A stretch of 64,000 nt of DNA from contig CM120648.1 in NCBI GenBank assembly GCA_051362555.1, forward strand, positions 19,402,587 through 19,466,586, read 5' to 3'. Of this stretch, positions 26,707 to 39,100 are shown piece after piece. How positions within the stretch are numbered: position 1 is the first letter of the stretch; each line of letters begins with the position of its first letter. Made by a program: the position numbers and the translations under genes. The notes under the pieces are model-generated. The model searched no databases. It was not told where the DNA came from and saw nothing but the letters and a program-made list of their open reading frames with translations. This DNA comes from Lingula anatina. Its lineage: Eukaryota; Animalia; Brachiopoda.

Positions 26707-27215
26707 GGGAGGGGAGAGAGAGAGAAGGGAGGAGGGAAGCCTTATATGTTGCCATTCGCGCGCGCCTTGTCACTCTCTAGATCTTGTTGCTATCACGTTT
26801 ACTCAGAGCTTTCAAGCAAAACGACAAGCGACACAGAAATCGGTTACCCTATTTTTTGTATCCCTTTTTACCTTTTACAAAAAATTAGAAAAACGGAACT
26901 TTTTCATAATGATCTGCTCATACAGATAATTCCAGAAACAGGCCTACGCTTATTATAAATTCAGGGTTGGTCTTAGATATATGCCATAGATTCTATTATC
27001 ATTTCACCAGATTAAAGGAGAAGACTCTTTCCAGACCCCCCCCCCTCCAGTCTGATACTGAAAAGCTAATCCTGGTTACCTTCGCCTTCCTGTGGGTAGG
27101 GAAGATCATGATTTCTTGAAATTATTTTTCTAAAAGCGTACAGATGACATTCCCCCCTCCCCAACATACTGTTGTACATGTACTGGTAGATTTGCAAAAA
27201 TGACACCTTAAAGAC

Positions 27216-27779
27216 CAGGGCCGTAGCCTCCGGAAAGGGGGGGGGCAGCTGCTCCCCCCCCTGGGATTTGAGGTGCAAAAAAAAAAAAATTAAAATAATA
27301 ATCGCAAAGATAAAAAAAAATAAATAAATAATTGCTAAGTTGGTATCAATTCTGTGAGAAAATGCACTCATGGCCACTTGACAATCATTCAACAATCTGT
27401 TTACAAAGGTGTACTGTTTACTTGTGTGTACTTAGCGGATTGGCTCTCTTGCTTGTCCACAGAGGAAGAAACGTTATTCCTGATCCTGAGACAATCTACG
27501 AAATGAAGTCCAATTGGCGTGTTGTGTTGAAAAAATGACTGTACTTATAGCAAAATGAACCCACAATTTCTGACTTCTAATTGAGCAATAAATAACAGTT
27601 AAAATGCACCAGAATGCAGTAGGCCTATTAGGGCCTATACATACAGTTTTTAAAAATTTTCCACACCGTGTATTATACATACAGTTTTTAAAAATTTTCC
27701 ACACCGTGCTTCGCCCCCTCGTGTCCGCTTACTGCCCCCCCCCCCCCCACCCTGGCATTTTGCTCAGGCTACGGCCCTG
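27216..27779. mobile_element. Longer copy of the same MITE, 5-bp TSD aagac
   Basis: aagac-cagggccgtagcc...ggctacggccctg-aagac; an orphan right end also ends at 25145. Confidence 0.85.
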
Positions 27780-27839
27780 AAGACAGACGCGAATACTTTT
27801 AATCTTATGTCCCCTAGCCAGTTAGTCTGCAATCTCAAG

Positions 27840-27888
<49 letters not shown>

Positions 27889-28377
27889 TTTATTTTTTAT
27901 GTGATGATTCTTGTGACCTTTGGTAATTACTAAGATGTCGGAGTCATACCATGATTCTTCTTCTTCTTCTTCTCATTATTATTATTATAGCACAATCCTT
28001 ACTCCTTGCAGATACCTGTTTTAAAATTGACATTCTACTGGCACCTGAACTCGCTGTGTCATCTATTATCCACTGCTCTGTGATGCCGTTTTGTTTCTCG
28101 TGGACTGTGATGCCGTTGCCGCCATTCTGTGTCCTGTCCTGGCCTTTCTCCTAAGCGATTCAGTGCTGTATGTGATAAATAGGCGCCATTTTCTTCAACA
28201 GCCAGGAAGTAACAGGACGGAGATTGTGGGATAATGCTGAACATATTTGACAAAGAAAGAGATATGATCTGACCGACTTGTAGGTTTATGGAGCAAGTGT
28301 TTATGTTACTGTGATCTCCAAGCTGCAGCACCAGAAGTAAACATAAAGTTTAGCAATCACTGACAGAAATATTACAG

Positions 28378-29319
28378 GATCTACTGTCGGAATGGAAGCC
28401 ATGTTAGGGCAGTCTAGACGAGGTGTAAATCCAAGATCAGGACAGGTGACAGTACAGACACAACCTCCATTAGCTGAACAGGAAACAAATCCAACATCAG
28501 CTCCACATCCTCCTGTTTTCTTAGACAAGGCAGAATGTGTGCGTTCCTTCAGTGCTAAACTGGAAGATGATAGAGACATATACATAACTGGGTTAGCCAT
28601 AGATAAGGAACACATGTTTGTTGTGGATAGAGGAAACAACAGAACAGAAGTATTCACACATGAAGGACAATTTAAGTTTGACATTAAAGTAAACATACCA
28701 TATGATGTGGCTGTGTCACAGACTGGTCACCTGTATATAACATCAGATGGTCACAGTTGTGTCCAAGTGTACTCCACCAGAGGTCAGCAGGTGACAACCA
28801 TGGGTCAGCGTCTACTGGAGGAACCACTGGGTATTACACTGAACAGACAAGGTCATGTGATGGTTTGTGACAGAAGAAAGAAGTCCATCTTCACATTCCA
28901 TGCAGACAGTGGACAGCTCCTGAACACTATTCCACTCAGTATGTGTAGATACCCACAGTACATCACAGTGAACAGTGTGAATGATAACATTGTGATATCA
29001 GACTGGAGATACTGTGTACATGTGCTGTCACCTACTGGTGATCATCTGTACAAGTATGACGACAGCAGAGAAGGCAGTAAACTGAGTTTACCATGTGGAG
29101 TGTGCACAGACAGCTATGGTCACATCTTCATTGCTGACTGGGATAACAACAGGATAGTGGCACTGAGTCCACAGGGACAGTTTATCAGATACATTGTCAC
29201 TAAGGATGATGGGTTGAAGTATCCCAGTGCAGTAGTCATCAACCCTGCTACTGGTCAGCTGGTGGTGGCAGAGTATGACGTCAATGTTAAGACATTCCAG
29301 TACAGTGACCTGAAACAAG
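28378..29319 (+). CDS. NHL-repeat beta-propeller exon (TRIM2/3/71-like C-terminal domain, no RING/B-box seen)
   Basis: ORF 28392..29327 with repeats PYDVAVSQTGHLYIT, PLGITLNRQGHVMVCD, PCGVCTDSYGHIFIADWDNNRI, PSAVVINPATGQLVVAE; ends CAAG|gtaagt, a consensus phase-1 donor just before the ORF stop. Confidence 0.9.
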
Positions 29320-30143
29320 GTAAGTAACATGTATTAACTGTGTGTAGATATGATTATTATGTAAAATATTTGAAAGTTAATTAGTCTTACAATGTTTTTA
29401 TCCATAAATATGTTTGCCTTTATTTCAAGAAAAAACTTTTAAGCATATTTAAATTCAGTAAGCACACAGCTGTGCTTTAGTAAAAATGTATGTAGAGTGG
29501 AGACATTTTCTATAGTTAATACTTTACTGTTACTGACAAATTTCCATGAACCCATTAGTGATTAGGATTTTGAATGATGATGAAGAACTCTTTTTAATGG
29601 AATTTATAGTATGCTTTATTTGTATTTTTATTAAGTCACAAGAAAAACATCTTATATTGTTTAATCCCTGAACTTCTTGTCCATTTGTCAGTGAAGAACA
29701 ACTGAAATCTCACAACAGAACAGTCCAATTCTTCATATTCTTCATCTTGTAGCTGTTCATGAAAGCTTAGATATACCTAAATTCTCAAATGTACTTTGTC
29801 AAGTTTCTTGATGTCTTACCACTTCTAGATTCAAAGACATTTCATCACCAGTTTGTTGTTAACACACACAAATAAATTAAATGTTGAAGTACTTTGGATG
29901 ATACCTTATTTTCCTGACTTTGTGGATTGTTGTTTGCAAATAAAACTAGCAGACGACCATTTTTCATGAAATGGAACTACTTTTCACAGGAAGTAGTATA
30001 TTCATACACAACAGTGACCTTGGGTTTGGAATACAAAAAAATAGTACATGCATTCATACTGTCACAGCATGCAAATTATAATGAAATATACAAAACTAAA
30101 CACATTTTTATGTAACACAAAAAGTTAAATGCATTTTTATTTA

Positions 30144-30174
<31 letters not shown>

Positions 30175-33100
30175 CTGGATAAAAACGTTGATGAAATGGT
30201 TTTGACCACCTTTTTGGACTTTTTAAACTTCATGCTGATGGACCCACATATTTATGTCAAAGGCCCAGACTAAATCTAGTCCCATGCATAAAAAGCCCAG
30301 ACCCCATGTTTATTACGCCCTGGCTGGGCCCATTCTTTATGGTGTTTGTTTTGTTAACAGCATAGTGGGCAAGTTAATTGACCAAATTAATTGGCCAAGC
30401 TGCCAGTTTGTTTGTATGTGCAGGGGATGTCTTATAGAATAATAAAATCAGACAGAATATGCTGTGATTCCTAAATAAAATAGATGGGGGGGGGGGGGGG
30501 GGGGGGGTAGGAGACACCAAGGGGCTCATGATTATAAATGCCATTGCATTAATAATAATGGTTACATATGCACAACTCCTTTCTTATGTTTGAGTCATAA
30601 CATGGTAAATTCATCTTATTATCACGTAGGTGTAATATTTGGCCTTATCAAATATGTTTTTCATTGCATTAACAAAAATAAGTAAAATGTGTACAAAAGC
30701 TTGTTTCAGCAAAATGGTTTAAAATAATTTTTACTCAGAACATATCTTAAGAAGAACCTGCTAGGGGAGAAGACATATATGTTGTGGGAATTATACACCA
30801 ATATCATATTCACCATAAATCATTGACATAAAGAGCTAGTGCATCATATTTATGACCTAAGTTGAAAATGACCCATCGTAACAGCTAGAAATAGGTACTT
30901 TTTGGACACAGAATTGGCCATGTTTTTGTAAATTGTAGTCGGATTATTATAATTCTTTTTTTATTTTGCTCCTATGAACAGTGTCTTTGATATCAGTCTA
31001 TCAGCAATCTCTAATCATAAATTGTTAATTTATCAGACACTTGTAACATTAACCACATTTAATTGTTCACCCTGATTGTGAAACAGCCGCCTGCTCCAAA
31101 TGTACTTGGTCTTCTCCAAATTAAAAAAAAATCTGGATGTTGATAAAATTTATTCTGAACAGTCTATAAGCCAGGCAGATTCAGTACAATGGCATATGTA
31201 TTTGTAGGTTGATAACTTATTAACTAAAGAAAAAACAAACTTCATGTAATAATCATAATAGTGATACATAATACATGTATGGTGATACATTTCACCACAT
31301 TATGATGCAAACACCATCAAATGGAAACAAAAATTAACTTATTATTAAACCAACTTAACAAATGTTTGTGCCAAGCAGATATTTAGCATTGTACAATGTA
31401 CATGTATTTCAGGAACTGCTCAGAATTATGCTGATTGTCATTTCAAGTCTAAATTAAACAAACATCAATGTCGCCTACAAAACTGACACAACTGCACCAT
31501 ATATCTCTTGCTATATGAAATACTTGTTGAAATGATGTTTTCAATAGAACTTATAATATTTTTTTTCATTTTCTTATTTAATCATGAGAAAAACATTCTA
31601 AAATGTTTAATCCCATTTCTTAGTATTATCATTATGCTTCACATATATATCAAGGCTGTTGCAATGTTTTTTTAACTAGTAAACAAATTAAAATCTCTTA
31701 CACTGCTGCAGCACATCATCTACTAGCTATAATTTTTACATCTGATGGTTTTTATGTACAGACACAGATGTGTCTGTACATATAGCCATCATCTGCGTCT
31801 GTCGTCGCCGTCGTCGCCGTGCACTTTTACCGATAACATGATAAGTGGAAAACCATTTAACCTTTTGACTTGAAACTTGCGGAACTGATGAATATTCATA
31901 ATACGCAGGTCAAGTTCGAAAATCAGCATGATCGGGTCACTTTTAGGGAATTTATGCTGTTTTTTCACTTTTTTCAGCATATATGCAGCACCGATAACAC
32001 GATAAGTGGAAAACCATTTTACCTTTTGACTTGAAACTTACAGAACTGATGAATATTCATAATACGCAGATCAAGTTTGAAAATTAGCATGATCGGGTCA
32101 CTTTTAGGGAATTTATGCTGTTTTTTCACTTTTTTCAGCATATATACAGCACCGATTACACGATAAGTGGAAAACCATTTTACCTTTTGACTTGAAACTT
32201 ACAGAACTGATGAATATTCATAATACGCAGGTCAAGTTTGAAAATCAGCATGATTGAGCCATTTTTAGGGAATTTATGCTGTTTTTTCACTATTTTCAAT
32301 ATAAATGCAACACTGATAACACAATATTAGAAGTAAAGATGTGACTTTGAAGTACCATGAGCCTGCAGACCTTTGCTAGTCACATTTTCTGAATGTCCAT
32401 GTTACTAACAGATATCTAAACCAAAACAAAAAGCTATATGCCTGTTTCATTGACATGAGAAAAGCCTTTGATTCAGTATGGCACAAGGGACTATTACTGA
32501 AATTGCTTAAACTAGGCATTAGGGGGAAATTCTACCGTGTCATAAAAAGCATGTATAGTAACACCAGATTAGGCATCTCGGTCGGTTTAGGTTACACTAC
32601 CCCATTTCTATCAAGATTAGGAATCCGCCAAGGGGATAACCTTAGTCCCACTCTCTTTAATTTATACATGGATGACATCAAGGAGGCTTTCATTTCTTGT
32701 AACCAGCCCGGTGCAATTAACGGACTGAATCACATCTTGTATGCTGACGACCTTGTCCTTATATCGGCATCTAAAGATGGTCTTCAAAATAAACTAACGG
32801 CACTGCAAGCTTACTGTAAAAAGTGGAAACTAAACATAAATGAAAAAAAGTCCAAGATCATGATATTTAATAAAATAGGAAAATTAGACTCTGCAACAAC
32901 ATTTACAATAAATAATATAGCCATTGAATCAGTAAAAGAGTACAATTATCTGGGTTTAACTTTTACAAATACAGGTTCAATGAAAAAAGCAATTGAAAAT
33001 TTAAAGAAAAAGGCTCTAAAAGCAACTTTTGCTCTTAAAGCAGCCCTGTCCTCAAACAAGATAACGTCTCCCACACTCAACTTAAAACTTTTTGACAAAA

Positions 33101-36100
33101 TCATCAAGCCCATCTTACTATATGGGTGTGAAGTTTGGTCTGAAGAAATATTCAAGGAAAAACAAATGTCACTTACAAAACTAAATAAATTTCCTTTTGA
33201 ACAACTACATCTAAAAATGTGCAAATGGGCACTAGGTGTACGAAAAAATGCTATGAACAATGCCTGTAGAGCTGAATTTGGAAGATTTCCACTCTATTCT
33301 GATATTGCAAAACGGACAAAGAGATACAGCGCCAGACTAAAAGAGCTACCTTCCAACAGATTGGTCAAAAACATTTATGAACAGGAGCAAAAAGAAAAAG
33401 GACCCTGTTGGTCTGAATCAATAAGAACATTTATACAGTGCTGGGGTCTGGGCCATAAAATTGATACAGAAACACTAGATAACTTTGAAAACCTAAGAGA
33501 TGCTATCAACAATAAAATTGAGGAACTATTTTGGAAAGACTTGCAAAGTGAAAACTACAGTAAACTCAGGACATACAGATTACTTAAAAAAACTTACACC
33601 CCTGAAAAATACCTGTCAATGAAAGTCACACCATCAGAAATGAAGACTATTGCAAAAATGCGGATTAGTGACCACGAATTAGAAATTGAACGTGGCCGCT
33701 ATACGTCCCCTAAAACCCCTACTGAAAATCGCAAGTGCCCCCACTGTAATGAAATTGAAACGGAGATCCACTTTTTACTGAAATGTGAAGAACATAGTGA
33801 CAGAAGAATTAGATTGATGATACCCCCTGAGCAGAAGACAGATCATGAAAAAATTCAGTGGCTGCTCAGTCCAAAAAGTGAATCGTGTTTGAGAACATTA
33901 TATCTTTATATAACTGAAAGTTTGAAAAAACGACACAGCCACCAATAGCAATAGTCGTTTTATTCTGTGCTGCATCCCAGTAAACATTCAATAAGTATTT
34001 GTATAGATATGTATAATTGTTGCTAAGTTGTTATGACTAGTGTAGAGAGCCTGTAAAATGTAATATATATGCATTTTAGTGCTCAATAAAGATTATAATA
34101 TTCTATTATTAAAAATTGATGGTCATTATGCTGTTAAACATTATGTAATGTTGCATCAAAATTTGAAGAAACCCCTATTTTGGGCACTGCTCCCATGATG
34201 ACCATTTAAGGAAAATCATGTCACTTACTGTCTCAAACTTACAGGAAAGAAACTTGGGTTTAAATTACATGTGTACAGCTTCTGTAGGCAATGCAGTTTG
34301 TTTGGTAATTTTTTTCTGGCAATTAAACAGTTTTTTGTGAAAATTGTATTTTTCACTTATTGGCATTTTCAAGGTGTGACTTTGAAGTTCCACGATCCTG
34401 AAGACCTTTGCTTGTCACTTTTTCTGAATGTCCATGTTACTAATATTCTATTCTTAAAAAATTGATGGTCATTATGCTGTAAAGCATTATGTAATGTTGC
34501 ATCAAAATAGAAGAAAACACAATTTTTGGTGCCGCTGCCATGATGACCATTATGAGAAAACTGTGTTACTTATGACTATCAAACCTTTAAAAAAGAAACA
34601 CTGGACTAAAATGCAGCCTGAGTTGGAAAAGCAGTCTAATTGGCTTCTTTTTCTGGAAGTTATACATTTGAGTGAGATATTCATTATCTTTTTGGCTCCC
34701 ATGGACATGAAGGCGAATGGTAATCAAATTTTCTACATGTCCTTGCAATTTATAGTCAATAATCAAAAATTGGTGATAATTATTCTACAATTTATTATGT
34801 AATGTTACATCAAAATTGACAACAATCTTTTTGCACTGCTACTGCAAACATTATGAAAAGAAAACTGTGTTACTTATTATCATTTTTAACTTCCAAGTAT
34901 GATTTTAAGGATTTGCATGCAGTTCAAATTAGAAAGCCAGGTCAATTGGGTTATCATTTATTATTGACTTTATGCAATTGTGTGTGAAATTTTCATTTTT
35001 CTCATTCTGGCACTTTCTAAGTATAAACTTGAACTCTGATGGGCCTGAAGCCTTATGCTCTTACTTTAGTCGGTGTTACCTGTTGTGCATAATTAAAATT
35101 TGATGTTGACTGTGCAGTTAAACATAATGTATTATTGCATCAGAAATGGTAGTCTCCTATTTTGTGCATTATTGTTTTGTGCTTTCCTTAAGATGTGACT
35201 TATGGGCCTGAGAGGCCTTTGAGAGGGTCAGTCTGTAAATTTCCCTTGGGTATCACTTAGCTTAGTTTTGAGTTATAAATTCATTTGCCTAATTGATTAT
35301 TAATAGGCCATTAAATGAGATTACATAAAGCACACTTTTTGATATCTCCCTGTAAACTCCCAAAGGTTAAGCTCTGCTAGATTAATAAGAAGGAAGCAGT
35401 GATAATTATGGAGGTAAATTATGCAGGTAATTATATATATATATATATCAAACACGAAGATGAAAAGTTTGAATAGCAGCATCATTGGAATTATATTTAC
35501 CTCAGGCTCTGCCAAGGAGGTTATATTTTTACCGTTTGTCTGTCATCAACATAACTCAAAAAGTTATTGACCGATTTCGCTGAAATTTTCAGGAACTGTC
35601 AGAAGTGGGCCAATAATTAGTTTTTGGTGGTGGTCTGGCTCAATTATCAATCAATAATCAATAATAATAATCAACAATTGCTGCCTTGGCAGAGGTCTGC
35701 ACTCTCAGAGTGCTTTTCTAGTTTTGTTATGTTTTCCTTTATAATTTTTTCTCAAATACTTGCATTTGTGACTTTTAACTCAAATCCGTTCGAGGCTCTG
35801 CACATTTTCTGTATTTCCACAGAAGCAGTTGTATTGTTTTTATGTCTTTAAACATTATGTAATATTATTTTATACACTGTCATCATTTTTCAAATATTGA
35901 GACTTTCATTGTGCGACTTTGGTCTCTCATGGGCCTGAAACTGCAATCTTATTGAAGGGGTGGATTGAGACCATCTTCTGGGTCTTCCGGAAGACAGTCA
36001 GGTTATTAAGTTTATATTGACTGGTATCTATTTTTTTTTCTGTTGGAAGACCATCAAAGTGGAGGATGGATCAACATAGATACTTTGGAATACTGTCAGA

Positions 36101-39100
36101 AAATATCTCAGGGTCCGCTCCTGTTATTGACCATGTTACCTGTTGTCCATGATTAAAATTCAGTGTTGACTGACATTGCTATTATAAGCATTATTTATTA
36201 TTGCATCAAAATTCACAAAATGACCTTTTTTGCATCTTTATTTTCTGTTTTTTGTCTGTACATTTGACAGCTTTGCTGCCTTGTTAGAAGTTACTGTCCC
36301 TGTGATTCATCAGCTAATATTGTTTTTTTTCTTTTTCAAATAAGTCATATTGTGTAATATTATTCTGTGTTGTTGTTAAGGGATAACTGTTTGTATGATG
36401 TCCATATTTACTAATAAAAATATTGTAAATAACTCCTAGAAATATAACAAATTTTGTTTTACCACTAAAATGGCAGTCAACACATTTATTAGTACCATCA
36501 ACCTGTAAGCTGTTGGTACTCCTGGTTTTAGTCCCGACCCGTCTCGTACACCTCCACCAGCTCTGTGTTCTGGCGCCGAATACAAGTCACTATTCTCCTC
36601 CTAGACAGCAAGGACCCATGTCCCCATCTTTTGGATTTAGGTCACATATAATCTCAACTTGAATCCCCCCCCCCCCCCCGTTTTTATGTACAGACACAGA
36701 TGTGTCTGTACATATTGCCGTCACCTGCGTCTGTCGTCGTCGCTGTGCACTTTCAGCGTTAACACGATAAGTGGAAGACAGTTTTACTTTTTGGCTTTAT
36801 ATTTACAGAGCTGATGAATATTCATAAAACGCGGGTCAAGTTTGAAAATCAGCATGATCGGGCCATTATTGTAGAAGTTATGCTATTTTTTCACTTTTCA
36901 GCATATATGCAACACCGTTAACACATTTCAAGGAAAACCAATAAGCCTGTTGTCATGAAACTTATAGCATGAAAATAAAAAATAAAAGACTGAAATACTC
37001 AAATAGTCTGCTATTCTATACCTGTCTACAAGACACTTAAAACCTAGCTCTTGGCAGCATTGTGTTAATTTGGACCTGTGCAGAAAAAGAGGAACTTAAA
37101 ATTCCTTGCAATGCAGTATCTCCAAAGTTTCCCTCGTGTGCTTCTGTTTGCTAGTGCAATGTCAACAGGTCAACAGGGAGGTATACTGTACAACCTGACC
37201 GCCTATTTGGTCTGTCACCAAGGCAATAAACTGTTTGATGGAGTTCCTAGTCAGACTGGTGGGGTTCATGAGGGTCAACTGACTTAGGTCAATGAATTTT
37301 TAACTTAATGTACAGGTAATTGGGAATAACTCAGAATGTCATAAAAGAAGAGACCTCTTCTTTTAAATAGTCTCTGAAGATCATTGACAAATGTTGCAGC
37401 AGCCCCGCTTTTGACTGTTACGACTCTGTATTTGGCAGGTGCCATTTTTGTTTTTAAAAATGTTCTTGAAACTAAGGAATTTTGTTTTCGTAGGCCAATA
37501 TCCTAAACAAGCGATTAATATGAAAAGAAATCCAGGGAGGGGTTTCAAAACAACAATTAATGTCGATAAATATGGCCTCAAATGTTTTAATGACTGTTAG
37601 TACACAGGTATAACCAAAAGATTTGTACCATGCTTTGGTTATTGACTCTAAGAAATTTAAAGTGAAAAATGCAGTGGTAAGACAAGTAGTAAGACGTTCC
37701 AATTTCAATAAAAAGAAGGGGATTTTTAAAGCTAAAATTTATTTACATACTGAATAAAGTTATTATAAAGATGTAAAATCTCTAAAATAGAGGTAAGTAT
37801 GATCAATATAAAAACTAAAAAAATAAGGTTAATATTCTGATTATATATATATTCACAAAAAATAATACAGGACATTTACAACACAATGAGAGACAAAGAC
37901 ACCTTCCAACTGCCATTCACACACTGAAGTTCTTACAAATGTGGGTTAAAAATACATGTATAATTTTTTTAAATAAAAGAATCTCAGTACATAGTTACAA
38001 AAAACTTGTCTAGGCTTGATTGATCCAGCAGATGGCAGGCTGCTTGATATCCTAGCTGGCCAAAAGGTTAAACAAACATACTTTACTACAGTTGAATAGA
38101 CGAAAAGTTATGAATGTAAGCCAAATGGAGCTTTTGTACCCCTTTGGGACTCCTTCCACAACTGTGGCATAAATGAATTGGATCTAACTCTCACAGTCAT
38201 CTTGTTAAGAATATCACAACACTGAACCCAAAAGCCAGGTGGGACAATCCAACATTAACTGACAAGTCTATAAAAGTCCAGATAGGCAGAGTGAAGAAAT
38301 ACCGCAATATTTACATCTCCTATGCGGGAGCTGGTCTCACAGATCTATACAGAATTCCAGACCAGCTTTACAGAATTGAAATGTTTGTTGTTATCTCTGT
38401 CCCCACTCTACACCAGTGACAACTACAACAAGTTACTGCTTGTTCTACTTTATGCAGCAGGTAAGATGTGTACAAAGATAGCGTTTAGTTATGAAAAAGT
38501 ACACATTTTGTTAGTGGAATGCAAAAGAAAACATAATATTGATAATAGAAATTAAGTTCATAAATAATTTATTCACCTCTGTTTGTTTGTCACCAGCGTA
38601 ACACATGAAGGATATTGTCACTTTTCCCCAAAAACTCTTTATTTGCTGCCTTACATACACTTTCTTGGGAAATATATAAAACGTCAATGTTCAGCGACTA
38701 AATAAATTAACATGTACACCTACAGGTACAAAATCTAACGCATGGGCGTAACTAGGCATAGGCACGGATGCACTGTGCGTACAGTTTTTTAGGCAACCAT
38801 GATATTGAATTATTTCATAGAAATTTAGTGTAGTTTTCACTGAATATAATGAAAAATCCTCTGCGAGTTAAAGTCACCTGTGTGTACATACCCTCTGTGT
38901 CAATTGTATGTATACGCATTGTACACCATTGTTCTGACACCCCATCATGCATACTTTTATTGAACTGAGGTAAACAATGCCTGTTACCTTTACAAGTCCT
39001 ATCTTAATCTTCCATCTAACTGGAACTTCCTTTACCTCTTAATTGGAGTGTTAAGTGGCCTTTAACCCTCCTGTAGCCTTTGTCTTCAGAGTATCGAACG

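Larger units (their letters stand above)
31750..36285 (+). mobile_element. HINE-like (Helentron-associated, DINE-1/pearl-type) element with ~161-bp internal tandem repeats; hosts a LINE and a short element
   Basis: 5' T-run + hairpin atgtacagacaca-ga-tgtgtctgtacat + (gtc/gcc)n; 3' subterminal tgtctgtacat + hairpin gacagctttgctgcc + ttgtt. Confidence 0.75.

Noticed and set aside
26326-26958. 210-aa ORF
   Set aside because: Composed of GA microsatellites and a GC-rich MITE; no domain signal
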